Source: an uncultured Candidatus Saccharibacteria bacterium (GTDB taxonomy: Bacteria; Patescibacteriota; Minisyncoccia; Phycocordibacterales; UBA12088). From it: 64,000 nt of DNA. The first letter of the stretch is position 1. Each line of letters starts with the position of its first letter. The notes under the pieces are model-generated. The model saw only the letters and a program-made list of their open reading frames with translations, did not search any database and was not told the DNA's origin. The translations under genes and the position numbers were made by a program. This document shows, in pieces, positions 37,018 to 46,375 of this stretch. The stretch is taken from NCBI GenBank assembly GCA_964562615.1, contig CAZLUD010000001.1, forward strand, positions 257,072 through 321,071. The letters run 5' to 3'.

Positions 37018-37371
37018 CTACACCATCTTCACCTCAATGCTTACCCCAGAAGGCAAGGAGAGGTTGGTAAGTGCTTCAACAATTTTTTGTGAAGGATTCA
37101 CAATCTCAATAAGTCGTTTATGAACTCGCATTTCGAACTGTTCTCGCGCGTCCTTATGAACGAATGCGGCTCTATTAACGGTATATTTCTTAATCTCAGT
37201 CGGTAGCGGTACTGGACCTACCATCTTTGCATCAAAGCGAAGGGCGGTGTCCATTATTTGGCGTACCGATGCGTCAAGCACCTTATTTTCATACGCGCGC
37301 ACACGAATGCGAAGACGTGGTTCACTTGCGTGCGTGCTTTTTTCTTTTTTTGCTTTTTTAGCGGTTGTCAT
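37018..37371 (-). CDS. rpsJ: 30S ribosomal protein S10
   Basis: GPVPLPT, REQFEMRVHKRLI motifs. Confidence 0.96.
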   Translation of the reverse strand: MTTAKKAKKEKSTHASEPRLRIRVRAYENKVLDASVRQIMDTALRFDAKMVGPVPLPTEIKKYTVNRAAFVHKDAREQFEMRVHKRLIEIVNPSQKIVEALTNLSLPSGVSIEVKMV

Positions 37372-37400
37372 GGTGCAAAGCGCGTGAGCGCACTATGTTA

Positions 37401-38597
37401 CTAGGCGACGATCTTGGTGACCACTCCAGCGCCGACGGTCTTACCACCCTCACGGATAGCAAAACGCTGTTGTTCTTCAAGGGCAATTGCGGCAACAAGC
37501 TTTACCTTAAAGGTAACGGTATCGCCCGGCATAACCATTTCTACACCCTCCTTGAGTGTTACCTCGCCGGTAACGTCAGTGGTTCGAACATAGAACTGTG
37601 GCTTGTATCCAGTGAAGAATGGTGTGTGACGACCTCCTTCCTCTTTTTTAAGGATGTATACCTCTGATTCAAACTCTGTGTGTGGAGTAACAGAACCAGA
37701 CTTTGCAAGCACCTGACCTCGGTGTACATCTTCTTTTTTAGTACCTCGAAGAAGAATACCTGCGTTGTCTCCTGCCTGACCTTCTTGTAGTTGCTTGTTG
37801 AACATTTCAACTCCAGTAACCGTAGTCTTAGCGGTAGGAGCCATACCAACAATTTCTACTTCTTCACCTACCTTAACTACACCTCGCTCAATACGGCCGG
37901 TAACTACTGTTCCGCGACCTTCAATTGAGAAGATGTCTTCGATTGGCATAAGGAATGGCTTTTCGATTTCTCGAACTGGCATTGGGAAGTATTCATCCAT
38001 TGCCGTTACAAGCTCAACAACCTTTTCGCTCCATGGACCCTTTGGATCCTCAAGCGCCTTAAGACCTGAACCCTTGATAACAGGAGTGTTTTTACCATCA
38101 AATCCGTTTGCATCAAGAAGCTCTCGGATTTCTTCTTCTACAAGCATTACCATTTCTTCATCATCTACCATGTCTACCTTGTTGATGAATACGATAATCT
38201 TTGGCACACCTACTTGGCGTGCAAGGAGTACGTGCTCACGAGTTTGTGGCATCATACCGTCGGTTGCTGCTACCACGAGCACTGCGCCGTCCATCTGAGC
38301 GGCACCAGTAATCATGTTTTTGATGTAGTCGGCGTGACCTGGGGCATCAATGTGTGCGTAGTGACGACTCTTTGTCCAATACTCACTGTGCGAAAGCGAA
38401 ATAGTAATACCACGCGCCTTTTCTTCTGGCGCCTTATCAATATCATCTACTCCCTTTACGGTAGCTCCGTAGTCGCCTCCTCGGGCGTTAAGGGTGTTGA
38501 GAATCGCAGCCGTAAGCGTAGTCTTGCCGTGGTCAACGTGACCAATGGTTCCTACGTTTATGTGCGGTCTCGAGCGATCAAACTCTGCTGCTGCCAT
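37401..38597 (-). CDS. tuf: Elongation factor Tu
   Basis: [19 protein letters not shown] motifs. Confidence 0.98.
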   Translation of the reverse strand: MAAAEFDRSRPHINVGTIGHVDHGKTTLTAAILNTLNARGGDYGATVKGVDDIDKAPEEKARGITISLSHSEYWTKSRHYAHIDAPGHADYIKNMITGAAQMDGAVLVVAATDGMMPQTREHVLLARQVGVPKIIVFINKVDMVDDEEMVMLVEEEIRELLDANGFDGKNTPVIKGSGLKALEDPKGPWSEKVVELVTAMDEYFPMPVREIEKPFLMPIEDIFSIEGRGTVVTGRIERGVVKVGEEVEIVGMAPTAKTTVTGVEMFNKQLQEGQAGDNAGILLRGTKKEDVHRGQVLAKSGSVTPHTEFESEVYILKKEEGGRHTPFFTGYKPQFYVRTTDVTGEVTLKEGVEMVMPGDTVTFKVKLVAAIALEEQQRFAIREGGKTVGAGVVTKIVA

Positions 38598-38767
38598 ATA
38601 ATTGTAGCTTAACGCTGATAATAAAGGCTGTTTTCAGATGAAGGCGCGAGAACACCTCCTCGTCTAAAAACGGCACACTGCTTGCGCAACGAGACAACCT
38701 TGAGCATTAAGCACACAATTATTGTTAAGGTGCACAGAAAACTAAGGCGCAACGTGCGGTACATCGG

Positions 38768-38796
38768 AGTATAGAGGGAGAAAGCCAATAGGTCAA
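38768..38796 (-). promoter_or_regulatory. tuf promoter
   Basis: TTGACC-N17-TATACT, about 170 nt upstream of the ATG. Confidence 0.6.
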
Positions 38797-38914
38797 GCGG
38801 GGTTTGTTTATTACAACAACCAAACCATGGCTTACTTGACTAATATTTATAATCGTGTTATATTTTATAAAGCAAAGAGGGAGGGGTCCCTACACACTAA
38901 CCTAGGAGATCCCT

Positions 38915-39505
38915 ATGGATTCGTATGCTTTTGCTTTTTTTCCTGCTTCATTGCTTGCGTGCCTATTTTTAGGCATTAAGTGGTGGCAGGCGAAACGTGA
39001 GATAGCCCGCCTTGTGGGCGAACTCACGGAAGACACCTTCACACCTCCCCTTCTGAACAAGAGAGGATTTTTTTTGAAAGGGCAAAGGGTGTACGAGCGC
39101 GAAGTGCGCCTGAGACATGAAGGTCGAGTAGGTATCGCCTGCTTTGATCTTGTAGGTTTCAAGAGGGTTAACGATGAGAAGGGGCACAAAGTTGGCGACA
39201 ACGTGCTCAAGCTTTTCGCTCGACTCCTTGACGCGCATTTTCGAGTATCCGACATCCTCGCCCACCTAAGTGGGGACGAGTTCGCGGGAATCTTCCCGCG
39301 AATGGAGGAAGAGGTTCTCCACCGCAAATGCTCAGCGCTTGTCGCTGAATTTGAGCGCCGAACTCTTGAGGAGTTTGGTATCAAAGTCAGCGCGAGGTTT
39401 TGCGCATTGAGTTTTTGTGGCAGTAACATCGACACATCCCTTGAAGGGCTACTTGTTTTAGCCGATGAAGGGATGATCGCAAAGAGACAAGGAGAAAGGA
39501 GGTAA
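38915..39505 (+). CDS. Membrane-anchored GGDEF-domain protein (SGDEF variant)
   Basis: FDLVGFKRVNDEKGHKVGD, RVSD I-site, SGDEF, ADEGM; AGGAG SD. Confidence 0.88.
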   Translation: MDSYAFAFFPASLLACLFLGIKWWQAKREIARLVGELTEDTFTPPLLNKRGFFLKGQRVYEREVRLRHEGRVGIACFDLVGFKRVNDEKGHKVGDNVLKLFARLLDAHFRVSDILAHLSGDEFAGIFPRMEEEVLHRKCSALVAEFERRTLEEFGIKVSARFCALSFCGSNIDTSLEGLLVLADEGMIAKRQGERR

Positions 39506-39640
39506 CACGAAGGCGGGCGCGCAAGCGCCCGCCTTTCTCATTGGCACCCCGCCACCACCTTTCCACTACCATCAACCACTTCCCCTACACGCAAATACAC
39601 GCCTTGATGGCGTGTATTGCTATGCTATACCCTCTCTTTA

Positions 39641-39760
39641 TTATCCCAGAAGGAGATAAAACTGCGCGAACATCACCGTCGTGCTTGCAAAAAGTCCAGT
39701 CGTAAAGACCGCAAACATTTTTTGATCAAGCTCGTAAAGCTCACCTAGTGCCTGTTTCAT
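39641..39760 (-). CDS. Putative 39-aa single-TM peptide (below the ORF-track cutoff)
   Basis: MKQALGELYELDQKMFAVFTTGLFASTTVMFAQFYLLLG*; TATACT upstream and a hairpin downstream. Confidence 0.45.
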   Translation of the reverse strand: MKQALGELYELDQKMFAVFTTGLFASTTVMFAQFYLLLG

Positions 39761-39883
39761 ATTGCTGATACAAAGCTACTAATAAGCAACAAAAAATGCG
39801 CCTCCTTAGCGCTGGTGTGTACCGCACAATCCCTTGTGCTTATAGAGTATACACCTACCCCATAGATATGCACGTAAAGTTAT

Positions 39884-39923
39884 ACACACAAAAGCCCGCA
39901 ACTTGTTGCGGGCTTTTGTGTGT
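39884..39923 (-). terminator. Terminator after fusA
   Basis: acacacaaaagcccgcaa…ttgcgggcttttgtgtgt. Confidence 0.8.
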
Positions 39924-39935
39924 CGTTAGTATTGC

Positions 39936-42101
39936 TTACGCCTTTACTCCACCTCTCTTTTTGATGATATCCATAGCCACATTTGGTGGTACTGGTTGGT
40001 ATGAGCTGAACTCCATCGTCCAGTTACCACGTCCTTCTGTAAGGGAGCGTAGGGTGGTGGTGTACCCAAACATTTCTGAAAGAGGTACCTTTGCATGAAT
40101 AGCTTGATTCATACCACGCGCTTCCATACCTTCAATTTGTCCACGCTTTGATGATAGGTGTCCGTTAATATCACCCATGAATTGCTCTGGGATAACTACC
40201 TCAACATTCATGATCGGCTCAAGAATAATTGGTGTAGCTTTTCTTGTTGCCTCTTGGAATGCTTGTGACGCGGCAATTTTGAAAGCGATTTCTGATGAGT
40301 CAACATCGTGATATGAACCATCGTACAAGTCTACCGATACGTCCACCACTTTGTACCCAGCCTGAATACCTCTATCCATTGCTTCTCTAAAGCCTTTTTC
40401 ACACGCAGGGATATACTCTTGTGGAATCACTCCTCCCTTGATGCTGTTGATGAACTCAAAGTGTGCCTCACGCTTTACCGCCTTTGGAAGATCTTTGATT
40501 TCTTCTTCAGATAGCACAGTCATCGGCTTTACCTTTATCTTTACGTGACCATACTGACCACGACCACCTGTTTGTTTGATGTATTTAACTTCAGCATCTG
40601 CAGGATTCTGAATAGTTTCTCGGTAGGTAACCTGAGGTGCTCCAACATTAGCCTCAACGTTAAACTCGCGCTTCATTCTGTCTACCAAAATATCTAGGTG
40701 AAGCTCACCCATACCTGAGATGATAGTCTCGCCAGTTTCTTCATCACTTGAAACTCTAAAGGTTGGGTCTTCATCTGAAAGACGCCTAAGCGCAACTGAG
40801 AGTTTTTCTTGATCTTGCTTTGTTTTAGGTTCAATACGAAGCGATACCACTGGTTCAGGGAACTTAATTTCTTCAAGGATAATTGGGCGGTTTTCATCAC
40901 AGAGGGTGTCTGAGGTCTTTGTGTCTTTAAGACCCACTGTTGCCGCAATATCACCAGCGCGAACTTCTTGTACATCTTCTCGCTTGTCTGCCATAAGACG
41001 AACCATACGAGAAAGGCGCTCTCGCTGACCAGTACGTGAGTTAAGCACGTATGATCCTGCTTGCATGGTTCCTGAGTACACTCGGAAGAATGTGAGCGCG
41101 CCTACATACGGATCAGTCTGGATTTTAAATGCAAGTGCTGCAAACGGTTCATCGTCTGATGATGGCCGTGGCTCAATTTCGCCTGTTTTTGGACTTATAC
41201 CAATCATTGCAGGAACTTCAAGTGGTGATGGGAGATAGTCAACAACACCGTCAAGAACTAGCTGTACGCCCTTATTCTTTAGCGCAGATCCGGTAAATAC
41301 AGGGAAAATCTTATTTGCGATAACTGCCTTTCGGAGAGTCTTCTTTATATCTTCATTGGTAGGCTCTACCCCATCGAGGTACGCAGTCATAAGTGCATCA
41401 TCATGCTCTACCACCTTTTCAATAAGCTCCGCTCTGTAGGCTGTTGCCATTTCTTTAAGCTCTTCAGGTATCTCGTGCTCAGTTACCTCCATACCCATAT
41501 TGCCTTCAAAGGTGTACGCCTTCATCTTGATAAGGTCTACAACACCAACATGATGCTCTTCTTCGCCCCATGGAATTTGTACTCGTACCGCATTTGGTGA
41601 AAGACGCTTTAGGATGCTATCAAATGATCGCTCAAAGCTTGCGCCTGTTCTGTCCAGCTTGTTAATGAAACAGATTCTTGGTACGTGTGCATCTTCTGCG
41701 TAACGCCAGTTTGTTTCTGATTGTGGCTCTACTCCTGCTACACCATCAAATACCACAATCGCGCCATCGAGTACGCGCATAGAGCGCTGTACCTCAGCGG
41801 TAAAGTCAATGTGACCTGGGGTATCAATAATGTTAAACGCGGTTCTTGATGCCTTGTCTTCCTTATTTGGAACATCGGTTTTAACCCACGAGCATGAGAT
41901 AGCTGCAGCGGTAATAGTAATACCGCGCTCTCGCTCTTGTTCCATCCAGTCGGTTACGGTAGCACCTTCGTGCACTTCTCCGATTTTGTGGCTTTCACCA
42001 GTATAAAAAAGTATGCGCTCTGAGGTGGTTGTTTTTCCTGCGTCAATATGGGCAATAATGCCAAAATTACGTAGTTTATCTAATGGATACTGCCTTGCCA
42101 T
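39936..42101 (-). CDS. fusA: Elongation factor G
   Basis: [25 protein letters not shown] motifs. Confidence 0.98.
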   Translation of the reverse strand: MARQYPLDKLRNFGIIAHIDAGKTTTSERILFYTGESHKIGEVHEGATVTDWMEQERERGITITAAAISCSWVKTDVPNKEDKASRTAFNIIDTPGHIDFTAEVQRSMRVLDGAIVVFDGVAGVEPQSETNWRYAEDAHVPRICFINKLDRTGASFERSFDSILKRLSPNAVRVQIPWGEEEHHVGVVDLIKMKAYTFEGNMGMEVTEHEIPEELKEMATAYRAELIEKVVEHDDALMTAYLDGVEPTNEDIKKTLRKAVIANKIFPVFTGSALKNKGVQLVLDGVVDYLPSPLEVPAMIGISPKTGEIEPRPSSDDEPFAALAFKIQTDPYVGALTFFRVYSGTMQAGSYVLNSRTGQRERLSRMVRLMADKREDVQEVRAGDIAATVGLKDTKTSDTLCDENRPIILEEIKFPEPVVSLRIEPKTKQDQEKLSVALRRLSDEDPTFRVSSDEETGETIISGMGELHLDILVDRMKREFNVEANVGAPQVTYRETIQNPADAEVKYIKQTGGRGQYGHVKIKVKPMTVLSEEEIKDLPKAVKREAHFEFINSIKGGVIPQEYIPACEKGFREAMDRGIQAGYKVVDVSVDLYDGSYHDVDSSEIAFKIAASQAFQEATRKATPIILEPIMNVEVVIPEQFMGDINGHLSSKRGQIEGMEARGMNQAIHAKVPLSEMFGYTTTLRSLTEGRGNWTMEFSSYQPVPPNVAMDIIKKRGGVKA

Positions 42102-42159
42102 ATATTGACTATGCTAAACAATAAAACTACCAATAATACCCCTGCCCTTAGAGACTATA

Positions 42160-42627
42160 TTACCACGCAAAGTGAGCAAATGCGCGGTTAGCCTCTGCCA
42201 TCTTATGTACATCCTCCTTCTTCTTTACTGCAGCGCCTTCATTGTTTGCTGCGGCAACAAGCTCCTTAGCGAGGGCCTTGTAGCTTTCACCAGCTCCACG
42301 ACTTGCTCGAGCTGAGTCCTTTAGCCAACGCATTGCGAGCGCAAGACGTCTTTCAGGACGAACTTCACGTGGCACTTGGTAGTTTGCACCTCCCACTCGT
42401 CGAGAGCGAACCTCAACCATAGGACCCACGTTTTTAAGCGCGGTCTCAAATACTTCAAGAGGATTTTTGCCGTCCTTTTCAATATGATCAAACGCCTGGT
42501 AGAGAAGCTTTCTTGCTGTCTCTTTTTTACCATCAAGCATGAGGTAATTGATGAAACGACCAACCTTTTCGTTGTTGAAACGAAAATCAGGTCGTGGAGT
42601 GATTCTGTTTTTTACTGGTCGTCGCAT
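42160..42627 (-). CDS. rpsG: 30S ribosomal protein S7
   Basis: [21 protein letters not shown] motifs. Confidence 0.97.
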   Translation of the reverse strand: MRRPVKNRITPRPDFRFNNEKVGRFINYLMLDGKKETARKLLYQAFDHIEKDGKNPLEVFETALKNVGPMVEVRSRRVGGANYQVPREVRPERRLALAMRWLKDSARASRGAGESYKALAKELVAAANNEGAAVKKKEDVHKMAEANRAFAHFAW

Positions 42628-42659
42628 GATTGTCTATACAATTAATTGTTCGTACTATG

Positions 42660-43070
42660 TTATGCCTTTGGCTTCTTTGCGCCGTACATTGAGCGGCCCT
42701 TTCGGCGCTTATCTACACCTGCAGCGTCGAGCTTACCGCGCACAATGGTATAACGGATTCCTACGTCTTTTACACGACCACCACGCACAAGCACCACAGA
42801 GTGTTCTTGTAGGTTGTGACCTTCGCCAGGAATGTATGCGGTAATTTCATACCCATTAGAGAGGCGTACGCGGGCAATCTTTCTGATAGCAGAGTTAGGC
42901 TTTCTTGGTGTCTTTGTAGTCACCTTAGTACATACCCCGCGCTTGAATGGAGATGGGTATGATGAAGGCTTGTTTTTAAGCGTGTTAAAACCACGCCCAA
43001 GAGCCACGGTCTTAGCCTTCTGTATTCTGTCTTTTCTTCCCTTGCGGACTAATTGATTGATTGTTGGCAT
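42660..43070 (-). CDS. rpsL: 30S ribosomal protein S12
   Basis: [23 protein letters not shown] motifs. Confidence 0.97.
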   Translation of the reverse strand: MPTINQLVRKGRKDRIQKAKTVALGRGFNTLKNKPSSYPSPFKRGVCTKVTTKTPRKPNSAIRKIARVRLSNGYEITAYIPGEGHNLQEHSVVLVRGGRVKDVGIRYTIVRGKLDAAGVDKRRKGRSMYGAKKPKA

Positions 43071-43205
43071 GAAATGCTCGATCTCTCTATACGAGTGAAC
43101 GTGGCGATACTGTACTATCTTAAGTCAAAAAAGGCAAGTGGGTAGTCAGTGATATGTATAGCAAAGGCCGGAACTATTCGTTCCGGCCGGTCCCTTACTG
43201 GGGCT

Positions 43206-43421
43206 TTATCCTTTTCTCCTATGAATAGATTGTGGTTCTTCCTCATTTTTGACAGGAGTCCTATGCAAACCAAATTTTCTTTTTGATGTTCCTGATCTTC
43301 TCTGTATCTCCTGCGATGCGATTTTATCTAAATACCTTGATTTTTCAAGGATGGAAAATTCGGGAGGCGTCTCAATCGCCGGTGACGACCCTCTACTTGA
43401 GAGGGTTTTTTTCTTTTTCAC
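43206..43421 (-). CDS. Possible 71-aa basic hypothetical protein
   Basis: AGAGGA SD before GTG 43421; fills the gap between the M50 protease and rpsL. Confidence 0.35.
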   Translation of the reverse strand: MKKKKTLSSRGSSPAIETPPEFSILEKSRYLDKIASQEIQRRSGTSKRKFGLHRTPVKNEEEPQSIHRRKG

Positions 43422-43479
43422 TGCGTTTCCTCTTTTTTTGGCTACACCGACAATACTATAGAGAACGCATTTGGCAAAT

Positions 43480-44121
43480 CTACATTGATGTACCTGTAAG
43501 TAGCGTGAACACCATTCCAAGAAATGCGCTGAAAAATGGCCACAGAAGTGTGATGAAGATAAACAAAAATAGTATAGCGCCGAGTATGCCGTAGCGGTAC
43601 ATAAACTCCTCAAACGCTCTAAACTTGATCATGAGCCGAATAGGTAGTAGTGACTTTAAAATTTTAGATCCATCAAGTGGTGGCACCGGTACCATATTAA
43701 ATAGCGCCAAGAGAAGATTGAGATACACTACAAAGGCAATAAGCGGAAGCGATGCTTCAGGGAGCGCGAGTGTATCACTAAATCGAATCATCATCGCAAA
43801 CACCACGGCTATGACCACATTTACAAATGGCCCTGCACCTGCAACAAGTGCCTCACCCCATCGCTTGTTTCGTAAATTATGAGGATTGTAAGGGACAGGT
43901 TTTGCCCACCCAAACAATAGATTAGCGCCAGAGAGGAGTAGGATACCTGGAATGATAACTGATCCCATTGGGTCAATATGAGCAAATGGATTTATGGTAA
44001 GTCTCCCCTCTAACCGTGCAGTAGGGTCGCCTAGCCAGTTAGCGGCAAATCCGTGTGCTGCCTCATGAACGACAATAGAGAGGACAAGAACGATGATAAA
44101 AAATATGCTTTCAATGCCCAT
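43480..44121 (-). CDS. Site-2 protease (M50 family)
   Basis: HEAAH, GWAKPVP, AGP, NMVPVPPLDG motifs. Confidence 0.92.
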   Translation of the reverse strand: MGIESIFFIIVLVLSIVVHEAAHGFAANWLGDPTARLEGRLTINPFAHIDPMGSVIIPGILLLSGANLLFGWAKPVPYNPHNLRNKRWGEALVAGAGPFVNVVIAVVFAMMIRFSDTLALPEASLPLIAFVVYLNLLLALFNMVPVPPLDGSKILKSLLPIRLMIKFRAFEEFMYRYGILGAILFLFIFITLLWPFFSAFLGMVFTLLTGTSM

Positions 44122-44252
44122 AGTATCAGTTATAGAATCGTAATGATGACAATGAAGTGATAGTAGCACATACCCATATATATTGTCGCATTATCACCAC
44201 TCTCCACACCCCCACTTGCATGATTTGTATTGTGTTGTAGTATAGCCACACC

Positions 44253-44498
44253 ATGACTAGGGAATGTCCAATCACTGGAAAATCAACAAAAATGGCTAAT
44301 CGCCTATCAAATCGCATTCGCGCGACTAAGTTTAATCCTTGTGGAAAGGTGCGAAGGAAGGCGAATATGCAAAAGCGACGCATTTTTGTACCTGAATTAA
44401 ATACCACCCTTACCGTTGACCTATCAACAAAGGGTCTCAAAACATTGAACAAAAACGGTGCGTACAAAACACTAAAGAAGGCGGGGGTTATTGCGTAA
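44253..44498 (+). CDS. rpmB: 50S ribosomal protein L28
   Basis: MTRECPITGK, RRKANMQ, STKGLKTL motifs. Confidence 0.88.
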   Translation: MTRECPITGKSTKMANRLSNRIRATKFNPCGKVRRKANMQKRRIFVPELNTTLTVDLSTKGLKTLNKNGAYKTLKKAGVIA

Positions 44499-44506
44499 AC
44501 ATTGCA

Positions 44507-45358
44507 CTAGTTGGTGGCAAATACTGTTGTGCCATCACTCTGAAAGGAAACCATACCCGAAAGGGTATCTTTCTTTTGTATGCCAAATGCTGCAATTTTT
44601 TCTAGCACTTCCTCATGAGGGTGTCCGTAGCTATTGTCTTTCCCTGCAGAGATAACTGCGTAGTCAGGACTCACAAAACCTAAAAACAATTCACTTGTTG
44701 AAGTACGCGAACCGTGGTGCCCTAGTTTAAGCACATCGCTTTCCAACCTCTTTCCATCGAGCGTTACTAAATATTCTTCGATTTCATCAGGTGAGTCCCC
44801 GGTAAACATAAACGCGGTTTTTCCATATCGAAGTTGTAGCACAAGTGACGCGGTATTTGTTTCAATATGATCAAGTTCTCTGTCAGGAAATAGTATCGTG
44901 GCGTGTACACCGGCTCCCAGATCAAGATCAGAGCCACGTAGTGGTGCCTTTATAAACACCCCTTTCTCTTTAGCAATACTGATAAGTCGTTCGTCAACAT
45001 CAGTATCATTTGCTGGAAATGATACCAGCAACATACCAACCTCATATCGCTTCATGACCTCTATAAGTCCTCCAATATGGTCAAAGTCAGGGTGCGTGGC
45101 GACAACCACATCAATACTTCTGTCATAAAACGGCATTACCTGTGACAACTCACGCAACAGTGCACCATTTGACCCACCATCAATAAGCATTTGCGTACCC
45201 GTTGGTGATTCTATAAATGCAGCGTCACCTTGTCCTACAGACAAAAAATGTACATGCAACCGCTGATTACCCTCTTTGTGTATGACATACACCCAAATAG
45301 ATATAGTCCCCACCATGAGGACTATAAGGAGTAACGGGATATATACGTGTCTCTTCAT
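44507..45358 (-). CDS. ComEC/Rec2-type metallo-beta-lactamase-fold protein
   Basis: VGQGDA, THPDFDHIGG, GHHGS, YGHPH motifs. Confidence 0.9.
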   Translation of the reverse strand: MKRHVYIPLLLIVLMVGTISIWVYVIHKEGNQRLHVHFLSVGQGDAAFIESPTGTQMLIDGGSNGALLRELSQVMPFYDRSIDVVVATHPDFDHIGGLIEVMKRYEVGMLLVSFPANDTDVDERLISIAKEKGVFIKAPLRGSDLDLGAGVHATILFPDRELDHIETNTASLVLQLRYGKTAFMFTGDSPDEIEEYLVTLDGKRLESDVLKLGHHGSRTSTSELFLGFVSPDYAVISAGKDNSYGHPHEEVLEKIAAFGIQKKDTLSGMVSFQSDGTTVFATN

Positions 45359-45361
45359 GGA

Positions 45362-45565
45362 TTAAATGCATCCACGCGCACTCATGCGGATTCTGTCTAG
45401 ATACGAGAGGGCGTATTCACCATCTTGAGTGATGTATGGCTTGAGGAGTGTTGCGCAATACTCTTGTTTTGCACCAGCACACTCTACGCATGGTTCGCGG
45501 TTAAGGTACATAAATGCACCAACTATTACTAGCCCTATGGTGATAATGAGAATTATGAATTGCAT
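45362..45565 (-). CDS. Small membrane-anchored Cys-containing protein
   Basis: TM helix followed by CVEC…C…C. Confidence 0.45.
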   Translation of the reverse strand: MQFIILIITIGLVIVGAFMYLNREPCVECAGAKQEYCATLLKPYITQDGEYALSYLDRIRMSARGCI

Positions 45566-45675
45566 ATATGCTATGGTAAGTCGCATTACCCACGGTGTCT
45601 AGCTACTATTCCCCAACTTAAGAACAGTTCATACTGAGTATTGACAAGCGCATGCAATTAGCGCATTATAAATAT

Positions 45676-45752
45676 GCCTCCCTTACAACGATTTGGCACC
45701 CTACGGGGTGCAGCCGACATTCTCTCCGCGCGAGAATGTCGGCATTTTTTTT
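45676..45752 (+). ncRNA. Candidate small RNA or terminated leader upstream of sod
   Basis: TTGACA (45641)-N17-CATTAT, then two hairpins and a T run; no terminated ORF inside. Confidence 0.4.
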
Positions 45753-45787
45753 GATACTTTTTTATACTTTTGCGATACACTATAGTC

Positions 45788-46375
45788 ATGCAACCATATA
45801 CACCAATCGAATATACCTTGCCTGAAGTATCAGGCATTTCTCAAAAGCAATTATCTGAACATCTCACCCTCTACAAGGGGTACGTTACTCATGTAAACAA
45901 ATTACACGAGGAGATAGGAGCACTCACTACCACGGGCGGTCATGAGCATGAAATTTCTGAGCTTAGGCGCAGGCTCGGCTTTGAGTTTTGTGGTATGCGC
46001 CTCCACGAATACTACTTTGGTGACTTAGTAGGAGGAAGCAAACCACTTCCACAAGACTCACCACTACATGAAGCGCTCATCAAGCAATATGGATCATTTG
46101 AAGCGTGTATTACAGAAATAAAAAGCACCCTCGCAAGAGGTACCGGATGGATAATTCTTAATTATGATCCTGTCTATGGACGTTTTCACACCAACTGGGT
46201 AGACGAGCATCACATAGGACACCTCGCGACATTACCGGTGATTGTTGCAATAGATATGTGGGAACACGCCTACATGGTTGACTATCTCCCTGGTGAGAAA
46301 AAAACATACCTAGAAAACTATCTTCACGCGATAAACTTTGAAACAGTGGCATCGCGCTTTTCTTTGCGTGCGTAG
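45788..46375 (+). CDS. Fe/Mn superoxide dismutase family protein
   Basis: EH..LY.GYV, LHEYYF, GTGW, DMWEHAY motifs. Confidence 0.88.
   Translation: MQPYTPIEYTLPEVSGISQKQLSEHLTLYKGYVTHVNKLHEEIGALTTTGGHEHEISELRRRLGFEFCGMRLHEYYFGDLVGGSKPLPQDSPLHEALIKQYGSFEACITEIKSTLARGTGWIILNYDPVYGRFHTNWVDEHHIGHLATLPVIVAIDMWEHAYMVDYLPGEKKTYLENYLHAINFETVASRFSLRA

Noticed and set aside
39780-39845. c-di-GMP-I riboswitch near the GGDEF gene
   Set aside because: Only a CTAAGG fragment is present; the GCAAA/GAAA tetraloop-receptor architecture is missing.
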